The notes beneath the pieces are model-generated. The model did not search any database, had not been told where the DNA came from, and saw nothing but the letters and a program-made list of their open reading frames with translations. The position numbers and the translations under genes are program-made. Shown piece after piece: positions 25,519 to 39,895 of a stretch of DNA of 62,000 nucleotides (position 1 is its first letter; every line of letters starts with the position of its first letter). Source of the stretch: Chiloscyllium plagiosum (taxonomy: Eukaryota); the NCBI RefSeq assembly GCF_004010195.1, contig NC_057718.1, forward strand, positions 37,132,337-37,194,336, given 5' to 3'.

Positions 25519-26803
25519 CCTCCGCCTGATGGAGGGGTGGGAAAGAGAGGTCCATCATTTTTTCCTGTTGACCAACAAAGGAGTTCACGTAACCATAACA
25601 GGCCCGCCTGCACTGGGATGATAGTCCAGGTCACTTCTGTTTCAGAGATAAATAAGAACACCCAGTGTTTGAGTGTTCCTATCTGGCTATAGCCTAAACC
25701 CCACACTCCAACGATATGGATTCCCGGACTCTGATGGATCCATGTGCCTGAATGTTTGGCCAATCCTTGGGCTGGATTATTGATTAACTTCTAGCAGACT
25801 GAAATAAACTCTCCATGTCTGATGGAGTCCCACCCTATTAAGGGCTATTCTCTTTTGACCATTCAGATATGGCCATTTGGTTAAGCAAGCTGATAACACT
25901 TGCTGTAGGTGTGACATTGACATAGCATGGTGTTATATAGCCAGATGTCTATCCCATTGACAGTTCAGTGTTCAGAACTATGATGAGCTGCTGGTCTTTT
26001 CCACTGGGTGAAAAAGCAATTCAAGTCACAAAGGCTGGCAGCTTCTGAGTAATTACAAAGTAAGTGATCACTAAGAAAGTAAGCCACAAGCCATAAGCTA
26101 CATACTGTGTAGATGTACAAGATGCACATGGTCCTCTGGCCAAAGCAACTTGGCAGAAACATACGAGTCGTAAGTGTCGTTGAGCTCCAGAAGGGCTCAA
26201 ATGGTTTGTGAGTTATGCCGAAAATTGCCATGATGAGGCTGGTGGCTTGGCAATGCCCACTTGAAGGAGGGCAGTGTCTGACCTGGAGAAGTAAGCGGCA
26301 AACTACTGCCACCAGGAGACTGCTCTGACTACCATGTCAGGAAGTGACACTGTCTGGGTTCTCAGGGATGGAAAGGAGAATCGAGAGCTATATACAAATG
26401 AGATGCAAATGTATATCAATAAGGGAGTCATCGTTCACCAGTAAGATTCAAAGTAAGATTTAAACCTTAAAGGGTCGATTGAAAATGCTTTTCCAGTTTG
26501 ATTTATTTTAATTTTTGTAATATTTTCCCAATTTACTTGCAGTTGCCCACACCGCTCAAGGGAGCAGATGGTACTGCCCATTGGAATGAATATTATCACA
26601 GTAACCATGTTCTTTATATCCCTGTGTCCTTCCAGCTCTAAATCTGCTTCTTTTCTATCTGCACAAATCATGATGGCTAGACAAGTAACTTGATGATAAA
26701 ATAATGACAAATTGTGATTTCTCAGCTCTCTGTCATCATAGTCATGTAACAATCAGTGTTCTTCTGTATCAGGCACTCTTGTTTTTCCTAATGTGCAAAT
26801 TTG

Positions 26804-27683
26804 ATCATAGAATCATAGAGATGTACAGCATGGAAACTGACCCTTCGGTCCAACTCATATATGCCGATCAGATATCCCAACCTAATCTAGTCCCAGTTTC
26901 CAGCATTTGTCCCATATCCCTCTAAACCCTTCCTATTCATATACCCATCCAGATGCCTTTTAAATGTTGCAATTGTACTGGCCTCCACCACTTCCTCTGA
27001 CAGCTCATTCCATTCACACACCACCCTCTCTGTAAAACATTGGTGCTTAGGTCCCTTTTATATCTTTTCCCTCTCAGCTTAAACCAATCCCCTCTAGCTT
27101 TGGACTGCCCTACCCTGGGAAAAAGACCTTGTTTATTCACTCTATCCATGTCCCTCATGGTTTTATAAACCTCTATAAGGTCACCCTTCAGCCTTCGTTC
27201 CAGAGAAAACAGCCCTAGTCTATTCAACTTCTCCCTATAGCTCAAACCTTCCAACCCTGGCAACATCCTTGACTCTTTTCTGCACCCTTGCAAGTTTAAC
27301 AACATCCTTCCTATAGGAGGAAGACCAGAGTTGAATGCAGTATTCCAAAAGTGACCTAACCAATGTCCTGTACAGCCGCAACATGACATCCCAACTCCTA
27401 TACTCAATGGTCTGACCGGTAAAGGCAAGAGTACTAAATGCTTTCTTCACTACCCTGTCTAGCTGTGACTCCATCTTCAAGGAACTATGAACCCACACCC
27501 CAAGGTCTCTTTATTCAGCAACATTCCCCACCATTAGTATATAAGTTTTGCCCTGATTTTCCCTACCAAAATGCAACACCTAATACTTATTTAAATTAAA
27601 TTCCATCTGCCACTCCTTGGCCCATCCGCCCATCTGATCAAGGTCCCGTTGTACTCTGATATTGCCCTCTTCACTGTCCACTA
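26804..27683 (-). mobile_element. 5'-truncated HER1/CR1-type LINE
   Basis: ORFs 27235-27498 (MESQLDRVVKKAF...LYRTLVRSLLEYC) and 26937-27428 (LGLFSLERRLKGDLIEVYK); tail (ctatgatt)n. Confidence 0.92.
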
Positions 27684-27930
27684 AATTAACATTGGTGATT
27701 AAGAGGATATAGTTCCACTTCTGGTTTATATTTTAGTTGTTAATCAGTTTTTCTAAATGCTTTATTTATCATAAACAGATTTTTTTTGAGCATACGTTTG
27801 CATTGAAGAAGCTCGGTGAAAGAGTCTTCTATTCTGAAATGGAGAGTACGAGAGAATCATTTGGCCATTTTAGTAGCGTCATTCACACTTTTATATTAAG
27901 GGATGATGAGCTACACAATAATTGCTGTTT

Positions 27931-28290
27931 TTATTCTTTCATGGGATGTTGGAGTATCTGGCTCAGCCAATATTAATTGTCCATCCCAAATCATCCACAG
28001 GCTGTAAAGAATCATCGACATTGCTGTGGGCCTGGAGTCACATGTAGGCCAGACCAGGTAAGGATAGCAGATTTCCTTCCCTGAAGGACATTAGTGATCC
28101 AGATGGGTTTATTTTAATGACAATCGACAGTGGTTACATGGTTACCATTACTCAAACCTTTTATTCCAGAACTCATTCTTAACTTCAAATTTCACCAAAA
28201 CTGCTGTTTTGAAATTTGGAGTTATGTCCCCAGAGCATTAACCTGGGTTTCTGGATTACTTGCTTAATGACATTACCACTGCTCCACCCC
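27931..28290 (-). mobile_element. tRNA-derived SINE, same family as 57346-58400
   Basis: Reverse complement has head gtggtaatgtcattaag, body ttcagggaaggaaatctgctatccttacctggtctggcctacatgtgactccag, tail gggatggacaattaat...catcccatgaaagaat. Confidence 0.75.
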
Positions 28291-31200
28291 GTCCCCTGGT
28301 GCTCAGGGCATTCGTCCCATCACAGTCATAATAGTCCCAGCAGGAAGTCCTGAGCTGTACAGGCAGTGCACACATTGTTTGGGATAGTCAGGTTGGATTG
28401 ACAAGGCCCTTTAGGAAATGAACCGTCATGTGAGCTCTGACCTGAAAGTGTTTTAGCTGCTACTGTTGCCTGACTGTGTGTGAGGGCAAGTTTTATATAA
28501 CTGGAGATTTATGATCAGCAGTAAAGCTCACAAAAAGCTAATCACTTGTGCCAAAGGTTGCATTCTTATTGAGTGAACATGGGTGGAAACACTGAATCCT
28601 CTCCATATCCTTGATTTGGCAATAATACTAATTTGGGTCTGTTTCATCACACTTCTAGTTTTAGGGATTGTCCTTTGCATTTTTTTTGTTGAAAAGTAAG
28701 TTCCTGGTTTTAAAAATCCCTCACAATTGAACAGCAAAGGAGTAGAATGTTGAGCCATTTGTCAACCTTAACAAGCTGCAGCGAATTGTACCACTTCTGT
28801 CCATCTCTGCGTGATAGCAGCAGGTTTCCTCATAACACTTGGCCCCGTTTTGTTCAGGTTAGCAAATGCTCTGACCTCTATATTCATCTTCTGCTGAGAA
28901 CAGGCATGGAGGGTCAAACCCACTGCCTCATCCATAGCTGCTGCAGACGTTTACTTCTTTTCATCCTTTTCCCATTCTAGAGTGCTGCAGCTTACCAGTC
29001 CCACAAGCTACTTCGGTTACAAGAAGACCTGGGACTGAACTTGCTGTGGTTAGCAATCCTAATCTTTCTTGCTTCATCTCTGGGCTTTCTCTGAACAGTT
29101 ACTTGAAGTTTACATATTTTTTGAGAGTACATTTGTGTCCAATTTTGCTGTTGGCCTGGCTGTTGGAAATCTGCACCACATCTCAAAGCATATGGAAATG
29201 TGTATTATGAAACATCACTTATTGTAAGTGAGAAAAGCCGTAGGCTGCCCTTGACAGTTATCGGCCTGGGCCCAATACCAGGAGTGAGGTGATGTGTTTA
29301 AATGTTGGCTAAAGAGTTCCTCTATGCTGGCTTTCTATTTTAAAATGGAATTTTTTCCATCATTAATAATGATGCAGTTACTTAGTTTCTTCACTCATAA
29401 TTTGGCTTATCCTGAACTGACAGGCATAAATTAAACACCAGGGAGGGAAGGTCTAACCCCAAGGACAGGGGGAAAAAAGGCAGGGAAAGCATTTTAAAAT
29501 CTGAACCTGACACCAATCCACCCATCTGCACTAAAAGTGGAGAAGGAAGGGGAGATGGAGTGAGGGAGTACTGGAGGGGAATGGGAAGGAGTTGGGAGAG
29601 GGAAGGAAGGGGATAAGTGCAGACAGCCAACATGTTCTCGAGAGGTAGTCAGCCACCAAATACTTTTAAGGAGACCGGATACTTTCATTTGAACAAGGTG
29701 TTTGATTTTAACTCATTGGGACAAGTTCGCCACTCCTTCGAGATCTCAGCTGCTAATGGAATCGAGAAGGATAGAAACAAGATCTTTGTGCCATTCTTGC
29801 CCTGTATGTGGGTCAGCAGAAGCAGGAGTGGGTTCTGGCCCAGCAAACTAGTCTGCACACAATCAGAGAATCTTCAAGATCCCCCAGCAGATTACTGCCC
29901 AAATCTCTGACATGTCGGACTTACCTGACATCCAGCCCCCAGTTGCTTTCCACCATTATAGAAAAGTGGCCTGGCAATCTGCCTCACTCTCAGGCAGGAA
30001 GTGTGTTGACAAGACAGAAATCGTATTTCTGAAGGGCATCCCGGAGAGCCACACTTCTGGGTTTCTCCTCAAAAATTGAGGCGGAGCATTCTTTCTGAGC
30101 AAAATGATGGCAGCCCAGCACTTTATCCTTAAATAGGATAATTATTTCACTTAAGGTGCTAACACATTTGCCAAGATTCTCCTCTCCATACTGAACGGTG
30201 GATGGTTGGGTGACTCTGAACATCTTGCTGGTTGGGGTCACAGCAGCAACCCCGAAAGCAGACCCAAACCTGAGAATTTACAACGCGATGCAGTCAGAAT
30301 GCATTATGCTGAGTGCAAAGTGCCCTTTTGGTCAGAGGGATACTGTCCATATCAAGATTGAACAAGGATAAGGAAATGGTGTCTAAAGGGTAGGACACAT
30401 GCACTCTAAAAGGTGTCCTCTTACCTAAAAAAAAAAGGAGTTTTGAAGATCTTCAGCTCTTGCCCCAGGTACAGCAAAGCACTGCATTACCACCTGGAAT
30501 GTTGGGAGCAGTCCGAAGGCAAGAGAATTGGATGATGTTCTGGGTTTTGTATCTCTTGTCAAAATCTGAATACTTAGGCAGAGTAAGCATTCTTGGAGTC
30601 TATTCTCAAAAGAACAAGGGAAGGAAAATCCATACTGAAGTAGCCAGGTATTGGTGGCAGGCATCACTAAACTCACCACTTCTGTAATGATTGGGGGATA
30701 GGAAACAGGAGGAAAATCCAGATGATGTACTTGAGCGTTTGTTAGCAGCTCCTCATTACTTTGGCCAAACAGTAACAGTCAGGCCTAGAAATGTCTGAAA
30801 GGATGTTCACAGAGTGCAACCAAGTCCCTTGACACTTATCAGTGGATTCTACTGATACTGCTGAAGTTATGGGAGAAGGCTTGTTGAGTCTGTGTAGATT
30901 TTTATGCCTTGAATGTCAGCTTGCTATTTGGGAAGGAAGGCATCACAGCCCAAACTACATCCTGCCCAAATCAGAATTACACATTCTAATTTTACAATGT
31001 GACTGACCAGGCAGAAATCAGGAATATTGTTTTACTTCCTGCTAGCTGAGGCACTCTGAGCCTACCCATAGTACCCCCAGCATCGTTCCAACTGAGATTA
31101 GCTAACATATCACATCTCGCACATCGATGTGGTTCGTTCTAGCCAACAAGGCTTAGTATGCAAGATAGGGTAATCTAGTAATTTATGTGCATGTGCTCAC

Positions 31201-32884
31201 AGAGGTAATGATGTTCACAATTGATTTCAAAGCTGTGTCATTAGGTTCCCAGTTAATCGACTTTTTTTTAGCATTCTGATATCATTGAAGTTGGTCTTTG
31301 CATTAATGAGTTAATGTCTTTGAAACTATCCTGCTAATTTCTCTTACAGTTCACCTTTAGCCAAGACATTTGGAAATGCATTCCAGGATATTTTTATAGA
31401 TCTGCCCAAGGAAAGGAGAAAAGAAAAGAACAAGGGCATAATTTTATGGGATCAATGATTTCAGTGACCTCAAGGACAAAATTATACCCCTCATGGGAGC
31501 TACAGAGGTCTGGAGCTGAGGCTCTGGTATGAGAATGTGCCATTTGTCACTTCTGACAAAGCACTTGCTCAAAAGCCATGTGCAACATGTCAAAACTGGG
31601 TCACTCAGCTCATCAGCATTTGGAAAACTGTTTTACATCTTAAAGCCTTCACTCCCCCAGAATTGTTGATCACTAAGACATGATTAATCTTTTCATTTTT
31701 ATCTGGCTATAATTATATATAAAGCTTGTACTGATTTGAAAAGAGACATTGAGTAATCTCTTTGTTTAATTGAAAAGCAGATTCACATATGAATTATCCT
31801 TTGTTTGGATAAACTGAAAGTTCTTGTTAATTATACAAATTATATATTATCTTCAACAGCATAACACATTCCAATTTATGCAAAGGTGATGATAAGGCTT
31901 GTATCCATTAAAGAATCTTTGCTAATGCTTTTTCTCACTGTCCCTGTTGGCAATAATCTCTACTGGAATATTTTTATTTGTTGCTTGTGGTATTTATGTA
32001 TTTTAACATTGTACAAATCCTCTGCTGGCAGCAAGAAGTTATTGCAGTTTCTCACAAACTATCATTCAAAGCTCCAAGTAAAATGACAATTCTCCTGCTC
32101 CCTTATGCTTGCAGTCAGACGAACAGTATGCCTAGATGAGCAACTATCCTTTAAATGTGTTTAGAGCTGTGAATCATTTGGGATGCCAATTGCATCCTTT
32201 TATCAACAACCTGGCCTGCAATATGCAGGCATCTGGATCTGGAGTGGAGTGTATCGAATGGCCTTTCCCAGCAGTCTGGAGACAGAGAGTGGAATGCAAA
32301 TCAGATTTAGTCCTAACTCTGCCTCCAGTGGGAAAATTGTGAGCTCCAATCAATATTTTGAAATTTGAAGGAGTCCCTCAGTGAAGCAAAATGTTTTGTT
32401 TGGCACAGCTCTTATTCTTCATAATCTCAGTGATGCAGCAGGAACACCTACAAAGTTTTATGTTTTGAAGTATTGATATGTGTTGGGTCTGGTTAAAGAG
32501 GTGGATGGAGAATTGGTACTCTGGGAGAGCAGTCTCCTAATTGATGCATGGCGTTGACCTACTGAGTTGTGCTCTTCCTGTGTATTCATGCATTGAACTC
32601 TGGCTTTCATTGCATCAGTTGGCACAGCCTGCTTCCCCCCAGCCTCCTTTCACATTGGCCTGTTTGAGTTTTTAAATACAATGATCACTTTCTGCACAAT
32701 CACATTGCAGTGTCTCCTGCATCCCCCATTTTATTTTGTTTTCTTCTCGCGATCTATGCAGATCTTTGCTGCTTTCCTTGCTACTGCTCTACCTCAGCAA
32801 TATTTCCATGGTCAGCAAATCCTTCGCAAGCTTTACCTTGGGAAAAGATCTCACACTTGCCAAAAAAAAGCCAAAATGGTGGTC

Positions 32885-33027
32885 CAGTCACAGCTGGATT
32901 CATCCAGAGATTTATTGCAATGAAGGTAGGATCTCTTTAAATAGTGTTCACCACCTACTCAAGGGCAATTAGAGATGGGCATTAAATTCTGGCCTTACCT
33001 GTGAAACCTACTTCTCATGAATGAACA
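32885..33027 (+). mobile_element. Old LINE 3' tail fragment
   Basis: caccacctactcaagggcaattagagatgggcattaaattctggcc...catgaatgaa, homologous to 61725-61803. Confidence 0.6.
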
Positions 33028-34049
33028 TGGGCATGTTGACTGTTCCTGTTGTGAGATGATGGGCAGGTTAAGGAGGCTTGGTGCTGAAAGCAATTCTATA
33101 AAAGATACCAAATTCTGATGCAGGAGTATTTATTAAAATACTTAAATTTAGCCTGCGTTTATTTTATGTAGCTATTAGGGAATCTTACAAAGCCTTCAAA
33201 CCAACATGGCATCTGATGCATTGCCAGTCCAATTCCACCTTGGAACATTGGGCTGCAGTGTAAAAATTTGTGGTTTCCATTTTGGATCTGGGAAACATAT
33301 AAAACACAGAACAATTTTTACTTGAACTGTTGGCACTGAAAAATGTTTAGACAAACGAATGAAATGATCCTTTCATTCCTGCATGCCCAGAAACATTGGT
33401 AAATAAGTAAGATAACTAAGCAATCTGATGGTTCCTGTGCTGCAGGGTCAGGGTATGTTGTCCATGAAAGGAAGGCAGTATCCTTCACTCATGGAGAATA
33501 AGCCAATATTCTGAAGCTTTGCTTTCCAGAACAGCTCGGTGCTGTTGCTTTGGTACCAGGAATAAAGGTTTAAATACAAGATCTGTGTTTTACAGTTTAA
33601 ATTAGAAGAAGTCATATTCACAAATAAAACTCGTGAAAATGTGATGGCTGCAGATGATCTCACATTACAAGCTGCTGAGCTTGGTCACAGGATCATTTAT
33701 CTTCCAGGTCTCCCCTCAAAGCCTTCTTTCTTTTTAACAACAGCCAAAAGGCCTCTGTACCACATCACCACTGGGAACTATATTTCTGGTCTGACAGCGA
33801 ACTTCACATTCACTCAGCATTCCAGAGAAAGGGCTTCACAATGAAAATCGTCCTTCCAAGCAAAGGGGATATAACCATATTTTCATCAAGCAGGTAACTG
33901 TATCTATTAGATTAGAACTCCACAAGGCCATGTGCAGTTGTGACCGATTGGAAATTTGAGCTGCTCAGCTGACATTCTATAGGTATCACCTGTGAGACAT
34001 AAAATAATTTTTTTTGGCAAAGCCCTTCGTTGGGGCCCTCATGCTATGC

Positions 34050-34110
34050 AGAAGTAGTGTCCCTACCCCTGGACCAAGAGACCCAGGTTCAAGTCCTGCC
34101 TACTCCAGCT
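34050..34110 (+). mobile_element. tRNA-derived SINE head fragment
   Basis: gtagtgtccctacccctggaccaagagacccaggttcaagtcc contains a B box; a similar head lies on the minus strand at ~52240-52300. Confidence 0.45.
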
Positions 34111-34119
34111 GCAATCATT

Positions 34120-34245
34120 AGCAAACATCACCAGGTCTGGCCTTATTATTGGGAAGGCTATTGATGAAGCAACTGAGGAGGGTTGGACCTAGAGCACTAC
34201 TCTGAGGAATTCCTGCAGTGATCTCCTGAGGATGGCCCTCGAGCA
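34120..34245 (-). mobile_element. Old LINE RT fragment
   Basis: Translates QEITAGIPQSSALGPTLLSCFINSLP, a decayed GVPQGSVLGPxLFxxFINDLP motif. Confidence 0.7.
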
Positions 34246-34509
34246 AGCTGCCCAATCCTGTCGAAGATAAATGGGAAGAGTGCAGCACCCTTAATCTGTG
34301 AGTTTTGCTTCTCATTTAGACAGCTAATTGACTTCTACCAGAGCCAATGTAGCTGTCAATTCCCCTCCCAAACTGGGGGATGTAGGCTGGGCAAGCAGCA
34401 TGGGCAGCATGGACCACAATGTAGAGGATCCTGCAAACATAAGGCAGGCAGCCACTACAGATGTACTCAACATTAGTGTGCCTGCCATTACCACAGTAAT
34501 GAGATGCTT

Positions 34510-34793
34510 TTAGATTATTTCCCCTACAGTGTGGAAACAGGCCCTTCGGCCCAACAAATCCACACCGACCCTCCGAAGTTTAACCCACCCAGACCCATTT
34601 CCCTCTGACTAGTGCACCTAATACTCTGGGCAATTTAGCTTGGCCAATTCACCTGACCTGCACCTCTTTTGGAGCACCCGGTGGAAACCAATGCAGACAC
34701 AGGGAGAAAGTGCAAACTCCAAACAGCCTGAGGCTAGAATCGAATCAGGGTTCCTGGCGCTGTGAGGCAGCAGTGCTACCCACTGAGATGCCC
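34510..34793 (-). mobile_element. HE1-type V-SINE with small deletions
   Basis: Colinear with 24232-24526 and 25194-25518. Confidence 0.9.
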
Positions 34794-35298
34794 TGCAAGC
34801 TTTAGTAAGATCAATACTGGAGGATATCGTACAGGTGCAATCTCTATGCAGCAACCTTGCTGCAAACCTGACGTCTATTATGGTGTAAGGAAAGGATTAG
34901 GCTTGGAAATGGAGTTTGTTTGACTAGTTTTAGGTTGCTTTTCTATTGGTGTCAGTGCGGCATTGTGCCCTGAATTCCCAACATGCAGGCCTCGCTCACC
35001 TGGTTGTAATCCTAATGTAAACCTGGTAGAGAGGCTAACACCGCAACCGGAGAAAATATTTGTCTTTTATTTCCCTTTATGAAAATGGTCTGAGTTGTAC
35101 AACATATTTGAAATGTACACCAGATGGTTTGGATCTGAAACATAAAACACTTTAATATTAGTCTTAAATTGGGACTTTGGGAACTTTAGACTATGAATGA
35201 TGAGTGGTCCTTTGTACTTAACACCATCATCAACATAAGGTGACTCATGGACTCTGGGCTTTTAACAGTCAGAAGATTATATAATATATTAGGAAGGT

Positions 35299-35454
35299 GC
35301 TGAAAAATGTGTCTTTCATTTCGGGCATAAGCCCTTCTTCAGGATTCCGAAACATCGATTCTCCTGCTCCTTGGATGCTGCCTGACCTGCTGCGCTTTTC
35401 CAGCAACACATTTTTCAGCTCTGATCTCCAGCATTTGCAGTCCTCACTTTCTCC
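35299..35454 (+). mobile_element. Penelope family A fold-back mini-insertion, left arm internally deleted
   Basis: Exact 12-bp TSD tattaggaaggt (35287-35298, 35455-35466); inverted piece tttcgggcataagcccttcttcagg; 35-nt tail. Confidence 0.88.
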
Positions 35455-38400
35455 TATTAGGAAGGTACCTGGCTCAATGTCCAGTGTGCGCTGAATTTTT
35501 TAAAAACTCAACTAAGTCAATAAATTGGTATCAAATTTATTCTCCCGTTATTCTATAGATCTACCTATGGCAGCAAGAATCTGGTTGGTATAAATCATCG
35601 CAAACATTATATTAATGTAGGAAGAGCATCTTGATGGAATGGGATATTCATTCACTGTCTAAACAGAAATGTTGCTGGTGACAAATACACACAAAAATGA
35701 ACTGGAACATCTCCTCTAGGCCAGCTCCATTGTTTGGAGTTGCTGGCCTTTTTGGATCTTGCTCTTTCCTCAAATCAGAGATTTCTGATATATGGAAAGT
35801 ATATCTTCACACAAAATGCACCTTCACCAAGTTTTCTACCTCCAAAATATCACTAAAATCACAAAAAGAGCAAGTATGCTGATTAACTGATTCAGTTCCT
35901 CCAGGTTGTTGGATCTGCCCACAGTGTAAACACAACCGATCCAATAGGAACAATCACAGGCACTAGGTCATGTTCTGTGTGCAGTGGCACCTGTCATCCT
36001 TGGGCCTCTATCCTGTGGAAGCTGGGGAACTTTGTCCTCTTCTGTGCAAAGCAGATCTTCAACTTCTCCATCATTGTAAATGCTCATTTTAAAAAAATAT
36101 TATTGAACATTGTGTGACTGCAAAATAATAGATTGAAATTTAAAAGTAGTTTGGATGTAAACATGCCCAACCTTATTTCCAATGTATTGCCTGGAAATGA
36201 TAAAGGTCAAATTTGACTACCTAAATTTATGGACCAGAAATATTTAATTATCTAAAGTTAAAGGGTAATGCTGCAGACTATAAAGCTGTCTTTGAGAATC
36301 CTTACAAGTATAGTTAAAAAGTGTTATGCCACTTATAATGAGTGTTTATGGGCTCTCAGCTGGTGAGAACACCATAAACAATCCATGTTGTATCAAAGGC
36401 CATTGTATATTGTGACTGTTCTAGTGTACACTGGGGAAGTAATGACATTGTTGTGAAGTCAGCAGCCAAGTGGTTAAAGTGTAGTGTAAAATTTCTGTTG
36501 TAAGTTATGAAGTCTGCAGCATAAACAGAAGTGATTTCAGTGTGATAGTTTGTTTATACTGAGCTGGTCAGGTTTTCCAGCTCAGGAGCAGATTATGATG
36601 TGCTGACATATTCTGCCTGAAGGGCTGATATTCCTCAGTCACAAACTGAGGATAATTAATGTGCATCTGGGTTCACATTATAAACAAACCCAATGTTTAT
36701 AGAACAACCTAACGGTCCTTTCAAGTAATGGCTAAGATCCAGAACAGTGTTTAACTGTTAAGACATTTATGCTAAAGGTTTACGAAAACATGTCTGCAAA
36801 CATGAATTATAAAAACATCACCTCAAAGATGCCAAAAAAGACATTTTAACAGAAGGCACCAAAATTAGTTTTCAATTTGTTGTAATTATGATGCTGTGGG
36901 ATACTTTTTGGAATGTGTTTATTTTTTCCTTTTATGTTTCATCTCCTCTCTTCACCACTTGTAATTTGCACTCAGTTAAATTACATCTGCTGTTTTCACC
37001 ATACACACTGTGATACATTGGGTGATTGCACGTAACTAGAGACAGTTCTATCTATTTCTGTATGTTGCATATGTATTGAGCAGAATAGGAAAGAGCAGAA
37101 TGTTTATTCTTACACATGACTGGAATGATAAATAAAACCAGACCATGACGGAGCACTGCAATGATAAATAAAACCAAGCCAAGAAGGAGCAATTTTGTTT
37201 GCCAAGATTTTTAAGAACACTGTCCTTTCGCCTCTCAAAACTGTTTCACCTCTCATAACTGGTTTCAAACCCTGGGACACAAAGGTGTCCCTTAATGTCA
37301 ATGATGGCTCTTTAAGGTTCTGAAAGAAGTAACTGCACTGAGTATGGGTAACAGCTGATTCCCTATGGAGAGAATATACTCTCAAAATGTGCACTTAACA
37401 AAAATTGAGCAAGTAAAAAAAAGATTGTGACATTTAAAGTTGAAGAAGATACCCCAGCATTTCATTACATCTAATAAAGGTTCAGTCTATTTCCTGCATA
37501 ATTCAATCCCAGCCGCACTTCATGTGCTGAAATGTGGATAAAAATAGGCAGTTAGATAGGATGGACAGTTTGTGGTGTACACATTTTATCAAGATTGAAA
37601 TGGTGGCATTAATAGATGTGTCCAAATCGCCTATCTTTTGGAATTAATTGGTACCTAAGTGCAAGGTTGCTTCAATGTATTACTGGTGCCCCTAATTATG
37701 TCAGAATGTTGTGAGTATAAGTCCCATTCCAGGTATGAGTATAAGAATGCAGGCAGACACTCCAGCGCAGTAATACAAGGTATTTTTCCAGATGATTACT
37801 CCTGCTACTTTTTGACAGTTGCCCCTTTACCAACATCAGGTACTAGGTGAGGCTTTTTTGAGGTAGATTGCTGCCACCTATCCTCCATTGTCTTTTTTTT
37901 GCCTTGGGCTTACCTAATGGTTAGTGAGAAACAATATAGCACTGTAGATTATCTACAGAGGAGATATTGCCCTTAGATAACAAGAAAGTTTATTTCATGA
38001 TAGCAATAAGGCATTTGGTCAATCATAATTATTAGGGCCTTAAGAAATTGTTGCCGATACAAGATCATGGATCACATGACAGCCTGTCTTATAATGCAGA
38101 GCCACCTCACACACTGTTCATTTGGAATGATCCAAGTAACTCCTAACCCTTGGTCCCTCCAGGCTGGGTAAGTCTATCTGTGGTTAACCTCCTCCACCTG
38201 CTTTAAGTCCTGAATCCCCAGGCTGTGACTTCCTTCAACTGTTTAACCATCCACAAGTGTGAAGCAATGCAGAAGTTGTGATAAATGATGAGTGCATATG
38301 TGTGTGAAAAAGTTGTGGGGTGAGATATTGGAAATCAAAAAGACACAAAGCGTAAGCTTAGGAGGGACTTGCAAATATACAAGTCCTCACAGTACCACAC

Positions 38401-39594
38401 AAATGCTGATAACTACAAATACCTGCAGGAGAGAACAGCTTTAAGTGCAGCTTTAGACACTGGTCAATTGGTTTGTGAAACCAGTCTTGTTTTTACCAAA
38501 GTAACTAAAGTCACATCTGGTTAGCAGTGACAATTTAAATACTTCACTAGGCACCCACCCCATTTTAGTATTTTCAACTGTGAGCTAAGTCAGGTGAGAG
38601 TTGGCGTGACTCTTGGTGGATGTTAGTTGGACAGGGGGTGGCAAGGTGATGTCTACTCACCTTTTAAGTTTCCACCGACCCATTGGGTTACAATTAGCAT
38701 CCTGGTTTCTGAATAACTGAACCTCTATATAATTTAAATTTAGCTGGGGAAAAATAAATACTAATCCTAATGGCAAATCTCGCCCGAATTCAGGTACAGT
38801 TGTAGTTTAGTATTGGTTTCACTAACAAAACAAAAGTATTGCAGACAACTTCTGCAAAATGCTTGAACTAATCCTGCGATACTGTGTTGCGACTTCTGCT
38901 TTCCATTAGGTTAAACACAATCGTTGAATGCCACATCCCACACTGCAGCAAGGTTGGCAACCTTCACACCCGTATTAAGTAACAAAGGAAGCTTTCGTTT
39001 AACGTAATGTTCTTGGCTCTGCTTATCACTGTGGCTCACAGCAGCCAGGTTTTATATTGTGACGTGGCTCTGAATACTTTGCAACCAGGAATTCGAGAAG
39101 TGTTTCTTTCTTATTGTGTTCTTGGAAGCATCTCCCCTGCATTTGTAACAATGAACGTTTGGCTTCCCCTGCCTGACACATCACCATAAAAATCACACAA
39201 ATGAAAGGATCAACATGCTGTTCCTTTCTGAGAAATGAATAAACACATTGACACAGTCCAAATATTGGAACAACAGCTACCATGTGTTGGAACAGATTGT
39301 TGCTTCTGCTGTGTTGGCCATTCTGAAAAGCTGCCTTTCTGGGAATTGTCTTGCACCAGTAAATTGTTAATCATCTCGAAAGCCTCTTTGATGGCATTAT
39401 TTATGGGTGGATTACTGGGTCATCACGTTATCCCCTCCTCATTTTACTGATCTTGCTTATCACTGCTATATCTCATTGGAATTTTTTTTTCAAAATGTTG
39501 GTTTTGAATCTGGTAAATAAAGAGCAAAACTCATTGACTCTGCCTCCAGTGAGCAGCTATGTTTGTTCATAGTTTCCTGATTTCTTCCTGTTAG

Positions 39595-39890
39595 GCTTGG
39601 CTCATTTGGTAGCAGTCCTAAATTTAGTGTTAGAAGGGTTAGAATTCAACTTCCACTTCAGAATTTGAACACGAGATGGTCTGACCCTTCAGTGTAGTAC
39701 TGGGAGAGAGCTCGTTTGACAATGTAGTAGTCAGTTTGAGACCCTAGCTATATGTGGATGTTAAAGAGCACTTGACATTATATCCGTGCTCTTCCAGCGG
39801 CACCCTTAGTCAAAAGCAGATTAACCAGACAATAATTTCAATTGTGCTTGGGAAATCATATTAGCATCAAATAGCTTGCTATGGCTGTCA
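39595..39890 (+). mobile_element. Degenerate Deu-domain SINE (SacSINE1-like)
   Basis: Head tggctcatttggtagca, then gtggatgttaaagag and aaaagcagattaaccag, colinear with 58715-59115. Confidence 0.5.
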
Positions 39891-39895
39891 ATTGT

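Noticed and set aside
37119..37175. Direct repeat aatgataaataaaacca (two copies)
   Set aside because: Only two short AT-rich units, consistent with a local duplication; not a CRISPR or satellite array.
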